Below the pieces are notes generated by a model, which worked only from the letters and a program-made list of their open reading frames with translations, ran no database searches and was not told the origin of the DNA. Below, piece by piece: positions 18,697 to 29,258 of a stretch of DNA of 64,000 bases. This DNA is from Candidatus Thorarchaeota archaeon. GTDB taxonomy: Archaea; Asgardarchaeota; Thorarchaeia; Thorarchaeales; Thorarchaeaceae. The stretch lies in contig JBHLRP010000006.1 in the NCBI GenBank assembly GCA_048882485.1, positions 1 through 64,000 on the forward strand. Direction: 5' to 3'. The translations under genes were made by a program, and so were the position numbers. How positions within the stretch are numbered: the first letter of the stretch is position 1; every line of letters begins with the position of its first letter.

Positions 18697-19672
18697 TTGC
18701 CCGTTCTACCTCTTCGACTGACAATCTAGATATCTTGTCTGCATCTTTATCGAATTTGGTGACTTTCGACTCGAGAGCCTTTACAAGTGCATATACAGAC
18801 TCGCTCAGAGGCGTTTCAATGCCAAGCTCTTTCGCCAGTCGTATTACTTCTCCAGTGATTGCGTCAATTTCTGTCTGCTTACAGCATCGGATGTCTTGAA
18901 GCATGGAGTTGATGTTATCAGAAGTGGCCTTTGCAGTTCCAAGTGCATATCGAACCGGATCGTCAGTGGTGAGTTCTATGCCCAGAGCATCAGCCACGTG
19001 GGCGGTTTCCTCTACAAGCTTGATGACAAGTTCCCGAAGGCGCATGTCATTATAGATCTCTCCATTAGTCATACCTGTCAGCGCGCCTATGGGATTGATC
19101 CCGCAGTTGACAATAGTCTTAGTCCAGACAACTCCCTCGATATTCTCAGAAGAAACTACCTGGAACCCTGCATTTCTTAAAATGGCGACCACTTCCTCTA
19201 CCATTTCTTGATTCTCTGGGAAGTGAGACCCTATCTCAGTGATTCCAACACCAGTAGCAGTGACCTCTCCAGGTGCAGTCATCAATGCACCCATACAGGT
19301 TGTAGCTCTCAGCACTCTATGAGTTTCGAGAACTTCAGCTACTTTCTTCTCTGTACCAATTCCATTCTGAAGGACAAGAAAGTATGTTCCAGTCTTCGCC
19401 AGATTCTTCATTCGCCGTGCCGCTTCAACTGCATCATACGCTTTGGTTGTGATGAGAACCAAATCAGCAGCATCGATATCCTCACTGTTTTGTGTGGCCC
19501 TAAGCGGGAGTGTATGTTCGCCTAACACGCCTTTGATTTTCAAACCACGTTTGTTGATAGCCACCACATGGGGCTTTCTCCCTACTAGAAGGGTCACTTC
19601 TTCGCCAGCAATGCTCAGCAATCCGCCATAGAGACTTCCTATTGCTCCTGAGCCCATAATTACAATCTTCAA
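18683..19672 (-). CDS. panE: 2-dehydropantoate 2-reductase
   Basis: GSGAIG, TTKAY, LQNGIG, W.K..VNCGINP, SMLQD, TEIDAITG. Confidence 0.94.
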   Translation of the reverse strand: MKIVIMGSGAIGSLYGGLLSIAGEEVTLLVGRKPHVVAINKRGLKIKGVLGEHTLPLRATQNSEDIDAADLVLITTKAYDAVEAARRMKNLAKTGTYFLVLQNGIGTEKKVAEVLETHRVLRATTCMGALMTAPGEVTATGVGITEIGSHFPENQEMVEEVVAILRNAGFQVVSSENIEGVVWTKTIVNCGINPIGALTGMTNGEIYNDMRLRELVIKLVEETAHVADALGIELTTDDPVRYALGTAKATSDNINSMLQDIRCCKQTEIDAITGEVIRLAKELGIETPLSESVYALVKALESKVTKFDKDADKISRLSVEEVERAITGT

Positions 19673-20457
19673 GGTTCATCCTCCCTGTGAGCTGCTTCTA
19701 TTTGGCTAGCAAGATGTGCCTTTATGAGAGAAACCTCTCTACTAAGATTTCTCTGATTGTCAAAATCCGCCAAAAGAGCATCCAATTTCTCATGGGGCCA
19801 ATCCTTCATCTCACGCGCATACTGCACCATAAGTGGTGCGGCCCTTACAACGTTATCAACAATAGTGATGTCAGAGAATACCGCTGTGCGTGACATCGGA
19901 TTCAGATCAATAGTTATCACAAACTTGTCAATTGCCTTCAGTGCCTCTGTCCTGTCTCCATCTTCAAGAGGAACCAATACCACATCAGCCTTGGCTATCC
20001 CTTCGGAGTCAACCCTTCTTCTATTGCTACTTAGTTCTGGGATTGTCTCAGATGGTCTGTCGTGTGTTCCCAGTACTTCTTTTGCACCAGCAGCCAATAG
20101 GGCTTCAAGAATAGCGTCTTCCCTCTCTGGTCGATAATAGAACAGGTTGATCTCAAGTGGTGCCCTAGTGAGCTCAGACAACTCAACAATCTCATCTGGA
20201 ACCAGAGCACAGACATTTCCGTTTACACTGATGACAGGATGCGTTGCTAGCAGCAATGCAGCCACTGCGGCGCTGCATGCAACTATAGCCTCAGCGTTTG
20301 TGATTTCGCCAATCATATAGTCGAATGCTTCTCCGCGTCCATGAGCTAGGAGGCCAGCAGTAGCAACAATGTTCTTCTCATGCCCCTCAATGATTTTCTC
20401 TCGGATATCCAACGAAACCTTTCGTGGATGGTCTGCAGGCACTTCGATTTTCGTCAC
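19669..20457 (-). CDS. 4-phosphopantoate--beta-alanine ligase (archaeal phosphopantothenate synthetase)
   Basis: HPRKVSL, AHGRGEAFDY, SVNGN, VPLEDGDR, IDLNPMSRT. Confidence 0.95.
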   Translation of the reverse strand: MTKIEVPADHPRKVSLDIREKIIEGHEKNIVATAGLLAHGRGEAFDYMIGEITNAEAIVACSAAVAALLLATHPVISVNGNVCALVPDEIVELSELTRAPLEINLFYYRPEREDAILEALLAAGAKEVLGTHDRPSETIPELSSNRRRVDSEGIAKADVVLVPLEDGDRTEALKAIDKFVITIDLNPMSRTAVFSDITIVDNVVRAAPLMVQYAREMKDWPHEKLDALLADFDNQRNLSREVSLIKAHLASQIEAAHREDEP

Positions 20458-21395
20458 AGGATTAGCCTCCCACCATCTTCTGAAATGCCAGTCAACTGGA
20501 CCTGATTAATCTCCCAGAACCTTGACAGGATGTCAATAGCATAATCAGACTCATCATTCCGGCAGAAGCAGAAAATTGAGTCCCCCAGCATCACCATACT
20601 TGAGTCATTGAGTCCGGTTTCTTCGAGTTCATTGAGTGCCGTTTGAACTCGAGGTGTCATCAGTCCTATTGAATATGCGAACTGTTTTGAATAATGTATA
20701 AAACTGTCAACTGTAGGGTTCGCTCTAAGCTCCTCCATTAGTTCATCAGCTGCTTTGATAATGCGCCCTCTATGCTCCTTGTTTGTGAGTACGCTCTTGG
20801 TTTCAAGACCCGGAGCACCAGCTAGGACTATTTTGAAGGATTCATTCATCGGAATCTTGATAACTTCACCAATTCCGGGTGCACCGGGTTTTGTACGGAT
20901 TTCTATCCCCCCTGTTGTCTGTGCAATCACATCTCCAAGCCCAGTGTGATTGACGACCTCAGCATAATGTGCATGCTTTGCAGCATCTAGAGAATAGGAA
21001 TCAGCATCAACGAGACTAGAGAGTGCAATTGCAGTTCCCAAGGCTCCTGCCCCGGAAGCGCCAAAGCCGACACCGATAGGCAGCATTGACTCATGGTCAA
21101 CTTCCACTTTGCAGACTCTGTGATGTTGTCGTAGCAATCTCTGAATCACCGTCGTTGTTACTGGGGCGTTGATTGGTCTGCCGTTATACGCGACTGACAC
21201 CTCTAGTTTCGTGCTGTCCACCAATTTCACAGCCGTGGTAGTTCCTATATCCACACAAAATCCCGCTCCAACGGACCCACAACGGAGCGGGTCTTCATGT
21301 CCATCATGGATTCGAAAGATCCCTGTGATGTGCCCTGGCACAAAGGCTCGGGCAATATCTAGCAGGTTCTCTCCCTGTGATTTCAAGGTGGTCAC
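20454..21395 (-). CDS. pantoate kinase (GHMP family)
   Basis: AFVPGHITGIF, GSVGAG, LPIGVGFGASGA, AEV..TGLGDV, PGAPG, MLG; start uncertain (GTG 21395 or slightly downstream). Confidence 0.92.
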   Translation of the reverse strand: MTTLKSQGENLLDIARAFVPGHITGIFRIHDGHEDPLRCGSVGAGFCVDIGTTTAVKLVDSTKLEVSVAYNGRPINAPVTTTVIQRLLRQHHRVCKVEVDHESMLPIGVGFGASGAGALGTAIALSSLVDADSYSLDAAKHAHYAEVVNHTGLGDVIAQTTGGIEIRTKPGAPGIGEVIKIPMNESFKIVLAGAPGLETKSVLTNKEHRGRIIKAADELMEELRANPTVDSFIHYSKQFAYSIGLMTPRVQTALNELEETGLNDSSMVMLGDSIFCFCRNDESDYAIDILSRFWEINQVQLTGISEDGGRLIL

Positions 21396-21491
21396 TCCAT
21401 CGCCTGTTTTTGCGCCTAATATACTCAACCATATACAATGTATCTGGCGTATATACATATACGTATTGAACTATACATAGTTCCTTCTGGC

Positions 21492-22331
21492 TTACTCCTT
21501 CCCGAGGGGAACTAGACTGGTATATTGCTTGATTCGAGGGTCCGTATTCCGCGGTGCGGGAAATCCCCATCTAGCATCTATGTCTCGCCCGCTAAGGTCG
21601 AAAACCTGAAAGCTTCCAGAGGACCATGTAAGGGGACTAAAGCCGAGAAGTAGCGTCTGAGTCCTCCAACTTGTGACAACCATATGTTGATGCATACCAG
21701 CAGTTGGCACAACAAGAAACACGTTTGACAACTCCATGAGCAGCGAGGTGCTGATTCTGTAGAAGAAGCTATACGTCTTGCGATGCTCCTCAGTGCCTTG
21801 TTCACGAAGGTCATTGAGATAGCGAACGATTGTTTCATCATGGACTGCAGGATCCATCACATCAGAGAGCTCCTCAACATCTACTACTACTGCGGTTTCA
21901 AAGTAGTAAGCAAGAGGAAATTCCGTGATGTGAAAGAGAATAAACTTGTCTTGAGTGATTATGTTGTAGAGATGTTGGAATATCGCCTGTTTTGAGAATA
22001 GCATACTTACATCCAATTTAGCTGGTTGGAACTTGTCGGAGGCTTCAGAAACAACGAGGCGGAACATGTCATCAAGCATATCGCCATCGTAGCCAATACG
22101 AACCACATGATAAGGCAATTCGCCAGAATTTGGGTCCTTGTGCCCTCTATAGGTCAAAAATTCATTAAAGTCACGCTGAAAGATGTCAACTTCATTATCG
22201 TTGTCAAGCACAAACAGTGATTGACTCGGAGTCCCGAAAGATGAGTGTACCTTGTCATAGGCCTGAAATCTAGCCCTCTTCTCAGGAATGAACTCACTGA
22301 AGATGTCAGGATCATGAGAAGATTTAGCCAA
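21492..22331 (-). CDS. hypothetical protein inside the CoA gene cluster
   Basis: long ORF; probable TTG start at 22331 after SD GGCGGTGA; no family recognised. Confidence 0.7.
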   Translation of the reverse strand: MAKSSHDPDIFSEFIPEKRARFQAYDKVHSSFGTPSQSLFVLDNDNEVDIFQRDFNEFLTYRGHKDPNSGELPYHVVRIGYDGDMLDDMFRLVVSEASDKFQPAKLDVSMLFSKQAIFQHLYNIITQDKFILFHITEFPLAYYFETAVVVDVEELSDVMDPAVHDETIVRYLNDLREQGTEEHRKTYSFFYRISTSLLMELSNVFLVVPTAGMHQHMVVTSWRTQTLLLGFSPLTWSSGSFQVFDLSGRDIDARWGFPAPRNTDPRIKQYTSLVPLGKE

Positions 22332-22615
22332 AGTATTCACACCGCCCTTAATGCTGGAAGATTTATGCTCATTTATCATGTTGTTGTCGGTCTTGCGCAA
22401 GAAACGTGCCCAACATGGCTTGATTACCGCATCTGCCCTGTTTTGGCACCCCCGCACATTCAAGTCGACTCATATATTCTTTACCCACCTCTTGTCAGAC
22501 GGTATTAAAGAAATGGTGTCCCTCTTCCTAAGAAGCTTGGTGTGATAGATTGAAGGAGAATGGAGTTCGTTCAGTTTATCAACATGTGTTCATTGGTGTA
22601 TCATGGGCGATTCTG

Positions 22616-23854
22616 ATGACACACACATCCAAACTCATCATCGGAAGCTTGAGTCAGATGCTGAAAGGCAAGAAGATCGCATTGGGCGTCACTGGTAGCG
22701 TAGCGGCAGTTGAATGTGTGACCATTTCAAGACTTCTGATGCGACATGGTGCAGAGGTATATCCAATAATGAGCCCAATGGCTCACAAGATAGTACATCC
22801 TCACTTGCTCGAATGGGCGACGGGAAATCCGGTAGTTGTCGAACTCACGGGGCAAATTGAACACGTTGATCTTGCTGGCAAACATGCCGAGCGTGTAGAC
22901 CTATATCTAATCGCACCTGCGACTGCAAATACTATTGGCAAGATTGCCAACGGCATAGATGATACGCCAGTGACTACTACTGCTACTTCTGCGATTGGCG
23001 CAGGAATCCCGCTTCTGATTGTTCCAGCAATGCATCGCTCCATGTATGATCACCCGGGTGTTCTTGAGAATATGGAGAAGCTTAGGAGAATGGGAGTAAA
23101 GGTGATGAGGTCTAGGATGGAGGAAGCGAAGGCAAAGATTCCCTCGCCTGAGGCAATTATTGAACAAGCCATCTCAATGCTCAGTCCACAAGATCTTGAG
23201 GGTAAACACTTCATTGTTACAGCAGGACCAACGAGAGGATGGATAGATAGAGTTAGATTCATCACAAATCCCTCAAGTGGAAGGATGGGGATTGAAGTAG
23301 CGCGAGAGATAGTCTTCAGGGGCGGCACTGTAGACCTAGTTCTTGGTCCTACGGAATCAAAACCACCGATGGGTGTAGATGTTACCAATGTAGAAACCAC
23401 AGCCGAAATGTTGGAGGCTGTATTGAACTCTCTGAAGAAGACGAAGACTAGCGCTGTGGTTTCTGCAGCGGCAGTTCTCGATTATGTCCCACTTGAGAAG
23501 GAGGAGAGCAAGATGGCGTCAGGCAAAAGCGAGCTCTCAGTCAAACTCAGACCAACTCCAAAAATAATCGAGGAGGTACGGGACAAATACAAGAGGATGT
23601 ACATTGTTGGGTTTAAAGTAGAGTCTGAAGTGTCGGATAAAGAGCTAGAGAAACGAGCCAAGGCAAAGATTGACGCAGGAATCTGCGATTTGGTAGTGGC
23701 TAATGATGCGCATCGAGAAGGAGTTGCTTTTGGAACTGACACAAACGAGGTGCTAATTGTCAGCTCCGAGGGAGTAGTAAAGAAGGTTCCACTATCTTCG
23801 AAGAGAGATGTGGCTAGAGAGATAGTTGATGTCATGATTCAGAGAATGAAATGA
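22616..23854 (+). CDS. coaBC: bifunctional phosphopantothenoylcysteine decarboxylase / phosphopantothenate--cysteine ligase
   Basis: GVTGSVAA, APATANTIGKIA.GI.D, PAMH, TAGPT, VRFITN.SSGRMG, AAAV.D, VGFK.E, VAND. Confidence 0.95.
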   Translation: MTHTSKLIIGSLSQMLKGKKIALGVTGSVAAVECVTISRLLMRHGAEVYPIMSPMAHKIVHPHLLEWATGNPVVVELTGQIEHVDLAGKHAERVDLYLIAPATANTIGKIANGIDDTPVTTTATSAIGAGIPLLIVPAMHRSMYDHPGVLENMEKLRRMGVKVMRSRMEEAKAKIPSPEAIIEQAISMLSPQDLEGKHFIVTAGPTRGWIDRVRFITNPSSGRMGIEVAREIVFRGGTVDLVLGPTESKPPMGVDVTNVETTAEMLEAVLNSLKKTKTSAVVSAAAVLDYVPLEKEESKMASGKSELSVKLRPTPKIIEEVRDKYKRMYIVGFKVESEVSDKELEKRAKAKIDAGICDLVVANDAHREGVAFGTDTNEVLIVSSEGVVKKVPLSSKRDVAREIVDVMIQRMK

Positions 23855-23889
23855 GAAAAAGGTCACAATCGTTGCATTCGGCGATGCAT

Positions 23890-24252
23890 TCAGAGAATCT
23901 CTATTAATTTGTCAGCCATTCTTCGCATATCTACGAATATGAGACCCAACTGAGCATCGGGTCTTGCCAGAACCAGAATGAGCGCATGGTCACCGACTGA
24001 AGTCATAAGCGTGTAGCCTTTGTCACCTTTCACATAGATTTCCATAAGACTACCCCGATCTAATTCATTCGTTGCTTTCTCCCCCAAGGAGAGTATCGCG
24101 GCACTGATGGCTGCAACCATCTCTTGTTCACTCTCGGGCAATGCTGATGAAATGGGAAGTCCATCGAGAGAAACTAGAGCAGCGCCTTCCACTCCAGGCA
24201 CTGTTTCAAAATCGCGAATAATCTTGTTGATGGTATCTACACGGCTGGACAT
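23890..24252 (-). CDS. roadblock/LC7 (MglB-like) domain protein
   Basis: GVEGAALVSLDGLPISS, AAISAAIL, EL.RG, LVLA...AQLGLIF; start MSSRVD at 24252. Confidence 0.93.
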   Translation of the reverse strand: MSSRVDTINKIIRDFETVPGVEGAALVSLDGLPISSALPESEQEMVAAISAAILSLGEKATNELDRGSLMEIYVKGDKGYTLMTSVGDHALILVLARPDAQLGLIFVDMRRMADKLIEIL

Positions 24253-24352
24253 ACTAAAGCCTCTGAGCTGTCCTAACGGAGATAGGTCGATTGGTGATGC
24301 TATAAAACCTTGCTGTAACAGAGTCACAACATACGAGTATTTTTGCGCATTT

Positions 24353-27300
24353 CTAGACTCCAAAGAACTCCTTTGGATCGACCTTTGCATCCTCTTTCTT
24401 ACGCCGTTCACGCTCAGCCTTCTGACGACGACTCTCCTCCTTCTCACGTCGACGCTCTTCCTTGCTCATACGCTTCGTCTTCTTGGGTACTCTATCGCCA
24501 CGCCTTCGCCTAGTATAGATTGAGGCTCCAACAATTGCAGCAAACACTCCCCCAACCAATAGCAGTGGCGCCCATGGGAAGGCACGGATAGTCATGAAAC
24601 CAAGTAGGACTATTGTGAGTGAGTCATATCCGGCTTTTGCACCAGTCAAATACAAACTGTACGTACCAACACGACCTCGTGTCCAGTCTTCAGTCAGTGT
24701 CATTGTGTACAGACCAGGTTCTGCTGATGCAACGACTGTGATCTCAGTCGAGTTCAACCATGACTGCAAGCTAACTTGTCCAATACCAACACCGCTGCGA
24801 GTCGTGATTTCCAGAGTTATAATGACTCTATCGCCCTCCCAAATGATAATCTGATTTAGACTTGCATCATGAAGAACCAACGATGGCATGCTACTCCACA
24901 GTGCAGCATTTTCAACTGTCTGGTTGCGAGCAGTCCCTGCGGGATGCGTTGTAGTCACAGCAAGCTTTCCCGAACCTACTACGCCTGCCAAGATCACGGG
25001 ATTTGTACCATCTGTGGCCAGAATAGTCATGTTCTCTGGGAATGAAATGAAATGATCTTGATAGTCAACTGCTGATGCCAATGCATTTGGTATTGACATA
25101 AGTGGATGACTAGTGTCTTCAATCACAATTGTTGAACCGGAACTTGTACCAGTTGATAGTACCCAAGGCAGCCAACTCAAATCACCAGAAACACCCATCA
25201 TGACAAGCGTGCCGCCCTCCTCGACATATCTCTCCAGAATTTGACTCATAGGAGCCAAGTCAGTTGAGAGAGATGGAAGTGAACCCGGTTCAACCAACAC
25301 AGTGAATCGTAGAGATAGGAGCCATTGAGAGTCTGTGAGATTTGAATCATCATAGAAGTCATGATCTATTGAAAGGTCATCCAGAGTTTGAGGCAGGTAA
25401 TTAGTTGCGCCAAAAGCAGCCACAGCGGGAACTCCTCGACCCGGCTGATGCCCATCAAGTGCAATAGAGCTTGGGTCAACAGAAGAGATTCGCGGCGAAC
25501 TTGTCGGAGAGTAGAGATGTACTTCCGGATCGCCAAAAAGAACCTGCTGGTTTCCATAGTCACGCGGATCACGACCTATCAACGGGTCAGAATAGTCGTG
25601 CGAAACCCTAACAAGGGCATCACTCAAGGCGGAACCTGTTGTGTTGCCATTACATAGAGCGTCAGTTATCTGAATTGAGAGAGTGCCAGCGGGCTGGAAA
25701 TATACTGTCCGGGGAGAAGCGATCACTCCCACAGCCCCATGCTCCATTAGCATGATGGGAAGCCTCGTCCCACCTAGCAGGCAGGCTGTCAAGATGACGA
25801 TTGGAGAACCAATGTTGCCTATTGCAGCCTCCAAATCATCAGTTGTTCTGATCACATGATGCGCGAATTCAGCTTCATAAGCAACTGGGTTCACCAGATG
25901 GTCAACATCCGAAGGACTCTCGCGTGTTGTTTCACTGACTTCAAATCCCCAGTTGGCATCTTGATCCCTCAAAGAGAACAGTCCTGGACCACTCGGTCGC
26001 GCAGGAGGGTCTCGAGGGCCTTGGGTTAGGGTACCATGAGTGCTCATAGACCATAGAGCAAGCTGGGTGTCTACTGTGGCAAAGACTTCATTAGCGCCAA
26101 CATGAGTGACTACATTGAAATCAGCGTTCTGAAGAGCCGATGTGCTATCTTCAATCTGCCAAATCTCGTATCCATTGAGAAAGTTATCTACAAAGGGCGA
26201 TCCATCTGTGTATGCATAAAATGTTAGCATCGCATCTTCGGCTGAATCAGATGTGAGAAACAGAAATCTATGATGAGCAGCTCTGTTAATCAGGACTGAA
26301 GCAAGTGCGGGGTCTCCGGTTGGTATGCGTCCAGCTTGGAAATGACTCTGCAACGATCTATCGAAACTGACTTTGATGAGCTCTGGTGAAGATACAATTA
26401 CGACCGATTGCGGACCAGTTACATTGTATGCGCCGCGATTAATAAGAAAGTCTTCAAAATCATTCACTGTTTGCCTCATTGAGAAGGTGTTTGGAATTCG
26501 CTCATCATACCAGCCATTTTCATTTCTCGTAGTCCATCTAGTTGTGATGTAGATGTCAATATCGGGGCCTACCAGATATGGCGCCCAGGTCTCCTCGGCT
26601 CTTGTTGTCAGGTAATTGTCATCTCCACAAAGGGAGAATATTGGCGCGCCATGAAATGCTGCCGAATATGCGGCAGGTGCAAATATCTCATTTCCATTTC
26701 CAAGAGGTACGGTCAACACAATGTCGCTTTCCTCAGACAGCACCTGAATCCATTGTGTCATAAGAGAATAGCTCTCTAAAGAAATCAAGAAAGAGAAGGC
26801 ATTGAGTTCAGTTTCGAGTGCAGTGGCATGTATGTTCGCAGGATCGACCAGAAAGCTGACATTGACACCTAGCCTCTGCACCGCATTAAGTGTGGCCTCT
26901 GGAATTGAGTCCTCTGTCACGTAGAGTAGAGGCGCATTCAACAATGATGCAAGAACAGCTCCATTAGCTGCGGATTCGAGATGTGCCTGTAAGCCGGAGG
27001 GCAATGCTGAAACGGACCAGGATAGATCCACATTATTCTCCTCTTCAATGGCATCAATCCAGGATAGCATAATTGTCCAGTCCCCAGCCGTGGGGTATGG
27101 AATTTCCACTGTTTCGCTGCTGAGACCAGCTAAAATGCTGCCTGCAGGAGCCCACTGGACCAGCCTACCATTCGGACCAACTAGTGCCAGATTGAGATCG
27201 GTTGCTGTGTTATCCCAAGTTATTGTTGCATTGAGCCATTGAGCATCCGATGGAACAGATACTGTTTGAGTAAAACCTGGATGATACTTCACCTCACAGC

Positions 27301-28195
27301 TTAGGTCGGTAGTCCCAGATGACAGACGTTCTACGGCCATGGTCCAGGTCCCATCCTGTGTCTTTGGATACCAGAACTTCAGGGGAACCAGGGATGCAAC
27401 ATATGACGGATGTCGCTCGAAGTACACCTGAGTATAAACTGAGTAGTCCACTATTGCACCACTGGGGTCGCGAAGTTGATGCGTATGTAAGTCACTGCCG
27501 GACCAATCGAATGTTCCTTCCATCCAAACTGCAGATGATGGAGGTGTGAAGGTAATGTTGGCAATCTCTGTGTAATTGACAACTGCATTTGAGGTATAAG
27601 AAGACACGCTAGCGTCCTGAAATGTGAAGCTTGCTTCTCCGGATGTGACTGAGGGTGCTGCGAAGCTGTCCTTTGCCAAGGCGAAGACCGCAATATCACT
27701 TGTAGCCCAATCCATTGCCGCAAGTTGTGCTGCGACCTCTGCGGAGTTGGACCCTGTAATCCGAGGATATACCTGTACTCCGGTCATGTCCTGAATGCTA
27801 TCAACAAGAGATTTGGACAGGTTTCCGACACCAATTATCTGGGTCGGACCCCCATCCGGTTCAACAGATTCAGCCCAATCATTTACAAACCATTCTTCAG
27901 ACTGAGAACCGGAGGTCATGATAAGAGGAGATACATATTGATTTCCTCCGGATAAAAAGACACTATTCGGAATGCCAGCCATATATGCGAACTCATCAAA
28001 ATAAGAGGAGGAATCCTGTGCAACAAAAGTCGCTCTTCTCATTGGAATGGATTCATTTGGCATATTGCTTAACAATGATTCTTGCAGCGGGACAAGGGTC
28101 CCAGTGCTATACAATGTGCTAGGCTGTGTTACAATTGGCACAAAGAGAGGCACCATGACCAAGATTAGCACCAAAACTGCCATTGGCTTCAGCAT
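24353..28195 (-). CDS. large secreted, C-terminally membrane-anchored protein with PPC-like domains and a C25/gingipain-like (caspase-fold) domain
   Basis: signal peptide; DLNLALVGPNG/GDWTI PPC-like motifs; STHG...VILTACL...GAVGVIA...LFGDP; C-terminal TM helix then K/R/E-rich tail; start uncertain (28195 or 28234). Confidence 0.75.
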   Translation of the reverse strand: MLKPMAVLVLILVMVPLFVPIVTQPSTLYSTGTLVPLQESLLSNMPNESIPMRRATFVAQDSSSYFDEFAYMAGIPNSVFLSGGNQYVSPLIMTSGSQSEEWFVNDWAESVEPDGGPTQIIGVGNLSKSLVDSIQDMTGVQVYPRITGSNSAEVAAQLAAMDWATSDIAVFALAKDSFAAPSVTSGEASFTFQDASVSSYTSNAVVNYTEIANITFTPPSSAVWMEGTFDWSGSDLHTHQLRDPSGAIVDYSVYTQVYFERHPSYVASLVPLKFWYPKTQDGTWTMAVERLSSGTTDLSCEVKYHPGFTQTVSVPSDAQWLNATITWDNTATDLNLALVGPNGRLVQWAPAGSILAGLSSETVEIPYPTAGDWTIMLSWIDAIEEENNVDLSWSVSALPSGLQAHLESAANGAVLASLLNAPLLYVTEDSIPEATLNAVQRLGVNVSFLVDPANIHATALETELNAFSFLISLESYSLMTQWIQVLSEESDIVLTVPLGNGNEIFAPAAYSAAFHGAPIFSLCGDDNYLTTRAEETWAPYLVGPDIDIYITTRWTTRNENGWYDERIPNTFSMRQTVNDFEDFLINRGAYNVTGPQSVVIVSSPELIKVSFDRSLQSHFQAGRIPTGDPALASVLINRAAHHRFLFLTSDSAEDAMLTFYAYTDGSPFVDNFLNGYEIWQIEDSTSALQNADFNVVTHVGANEVFATVDTQLALWSMSTHGTLTQGPRDPPARPSGPGLFSLRDQDANWGFEVSETTRESPSDVDHLVNPVAYEAEFAHHVIRTTDDLEAAIGNIGSPIVILTACLLGGTRLPIMLMEHGAVGVIASPRTVYFQPAGTLSIQITDALCNGNTTGSALSDALVRVSHDYSDPLIGRDPRDYGNQQVLFGDPEVHLYSPTSSPRISSVDPSSIALDGHQPGRGVPAVAAFGATNYLPQTLDDLSIDHDFYDDSNLTDSQWLLSLRFTVLVEPGSLPSLSTDLAPMSQILERYVEEGGTLVMMGVSGDLSWLPWVLSTGTSSGSTIVIEDTSHPLMSIPNALASAVDYQDHFISFPENMTILATDGTNPVILAGVVGSGKLAVTTTHPAGTARNQTVENAALWSSMPSLVLHDASLNQIIIWEGDRVIITLEITTRSGVGIGQVSLQSWLNSTEITVVASAEPGLYTMTLTEDWTRGRVGTYSLYLTGAKAGYDSLTIVLLGFMTIRAFPWAPLLLVGGVFAAIVGASIYTRRRRGDRVPKKTKRMSKEERRREKEESRRQKAERERRKKEDAKVDPKEFFGV

Positions 28196-28325
28196 TCCAA
28201 CCTTCAAGGTAGGCACTCCTATCTCTGAATGCAAAATACATCAGAATGTAGCATATAGTGTTTTTTCATGTGGTTGCTTGTGGGAAATGCCAACTGAAAT
28301 TCGCAATAAGAGAAGCAAAATAGTG

Positions 28326-29258
28326 CTACTCTACGAAATCCAGAAGTTCCTCATCAAAGTCGTCATCTGAGCCTTCTGGTTCCTCTTCTTCTTCAGGCAA
28401 TGCATCGATTATATCATCAATCACTCGTCTCAACCTACGTCTAGTGGACTTGGGTATGTCCCAGAGCTTCTGCTCAGCGCGCTCCACGACTTCTCTTGCG
28501 ATATCGAAAATCTCAGCTTCCATATAGTTCTGTGCTGCCTCAGTGAAGTGCTCCGCGGACTTCCTCTGATTCCCATCCATCTCCGCAATGTCTCCCAGTA
28601 GAGAGAGTGCATCTGCAATTCCCGCCTTGTCGTCAATTTCACGATAGATCTTGAGAGCCTTTTTGAACTCCTTATCAGCTGACACCCAATCTTCCTTATC
28701 CGCGTAGGCGTTCCCAACGTCCATAATAGTACTAGCCACACCCTGCTGATTGTCAACTGCTTTGTAGGCTTTCTGAGCTTTCTTGAACAAGGACAGAGCC
28801 TGATCGAACTCACCGAGACCATGCTTTGCGAGGGCTAGTGCATACATGGCATCAGCAGCACCGTCATCGTTGGCGGTTTTTTGGAAGAGATCTATTGCTT
28901 TCTCACACGATTTGGAGGCTTCCTCCCACTGCTCAAGATTGATTTGTGCCACTCCGAGGTTGTATAAGGCATCACTGACGCCAGCTTCATCCTTCAGCCC
29001 GGTGTAAATATCCAATGAGTCCTTGAAACAGTTGAGCGCTTCTTCATATTCAGCTACTGACATGTAGATGTTTCCGACTGCGTTGAATATTTTCGCTGCA
29101 TCGTCTTTTGCTCCAGCTTCAAGTGCTGCATTTGCTTGTTCCAGCAGCTCAGCTGGGTCCAAATCATCTAGTCCAGTATCTTCATCGCTCAAGAGGGACT
29201 CACCTTCACTTGAAGAAAGTGGCTGACTCTCTCTCTTTTGAGCCTTTCTGCGTATCAC
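28326..29258 (-). CDS. tetratricopeptide repeat protein
   Basis: about five 40-aa repeats of the A..L.NLG..Y..L..YEEA...F..AL.IY type; acidic termini. Confidence 0.9.
   Translation of the reverse strand: MIRRKAQKRESQPLSSSEGESLLSDEDTGLDDLDPAELLEQANAALEAGAKDDAAKIFNAVGNIYMSVAEYEEALNCFKDSLDIYTGLKDEAGVSDALYNLGVAQINLEQWEEASKSCEKAIDLFQKTANDDGAADAMYALALAKHGLGEFDQALSLFKKAQKAYKAVDNQQGVASTIMDVGNAYADKEDWVSADKEFKKALKIYREIDDKAGIADALSLLGDIAEMDGNQRKSAEHFTEAAQNYMEAEIFDIAREVVERAEQKLWDIPKSTRRRLRRVIDDIIDALPEEEEEPEGSDDDFDEELLDFVE

Noticed and set aside
24253-24447. Arg-rich N-terminal extension of the roadblock ORF
   Set aside because: It overlaps the 3' end of the upstream gene; the domain begins at ATG 24252
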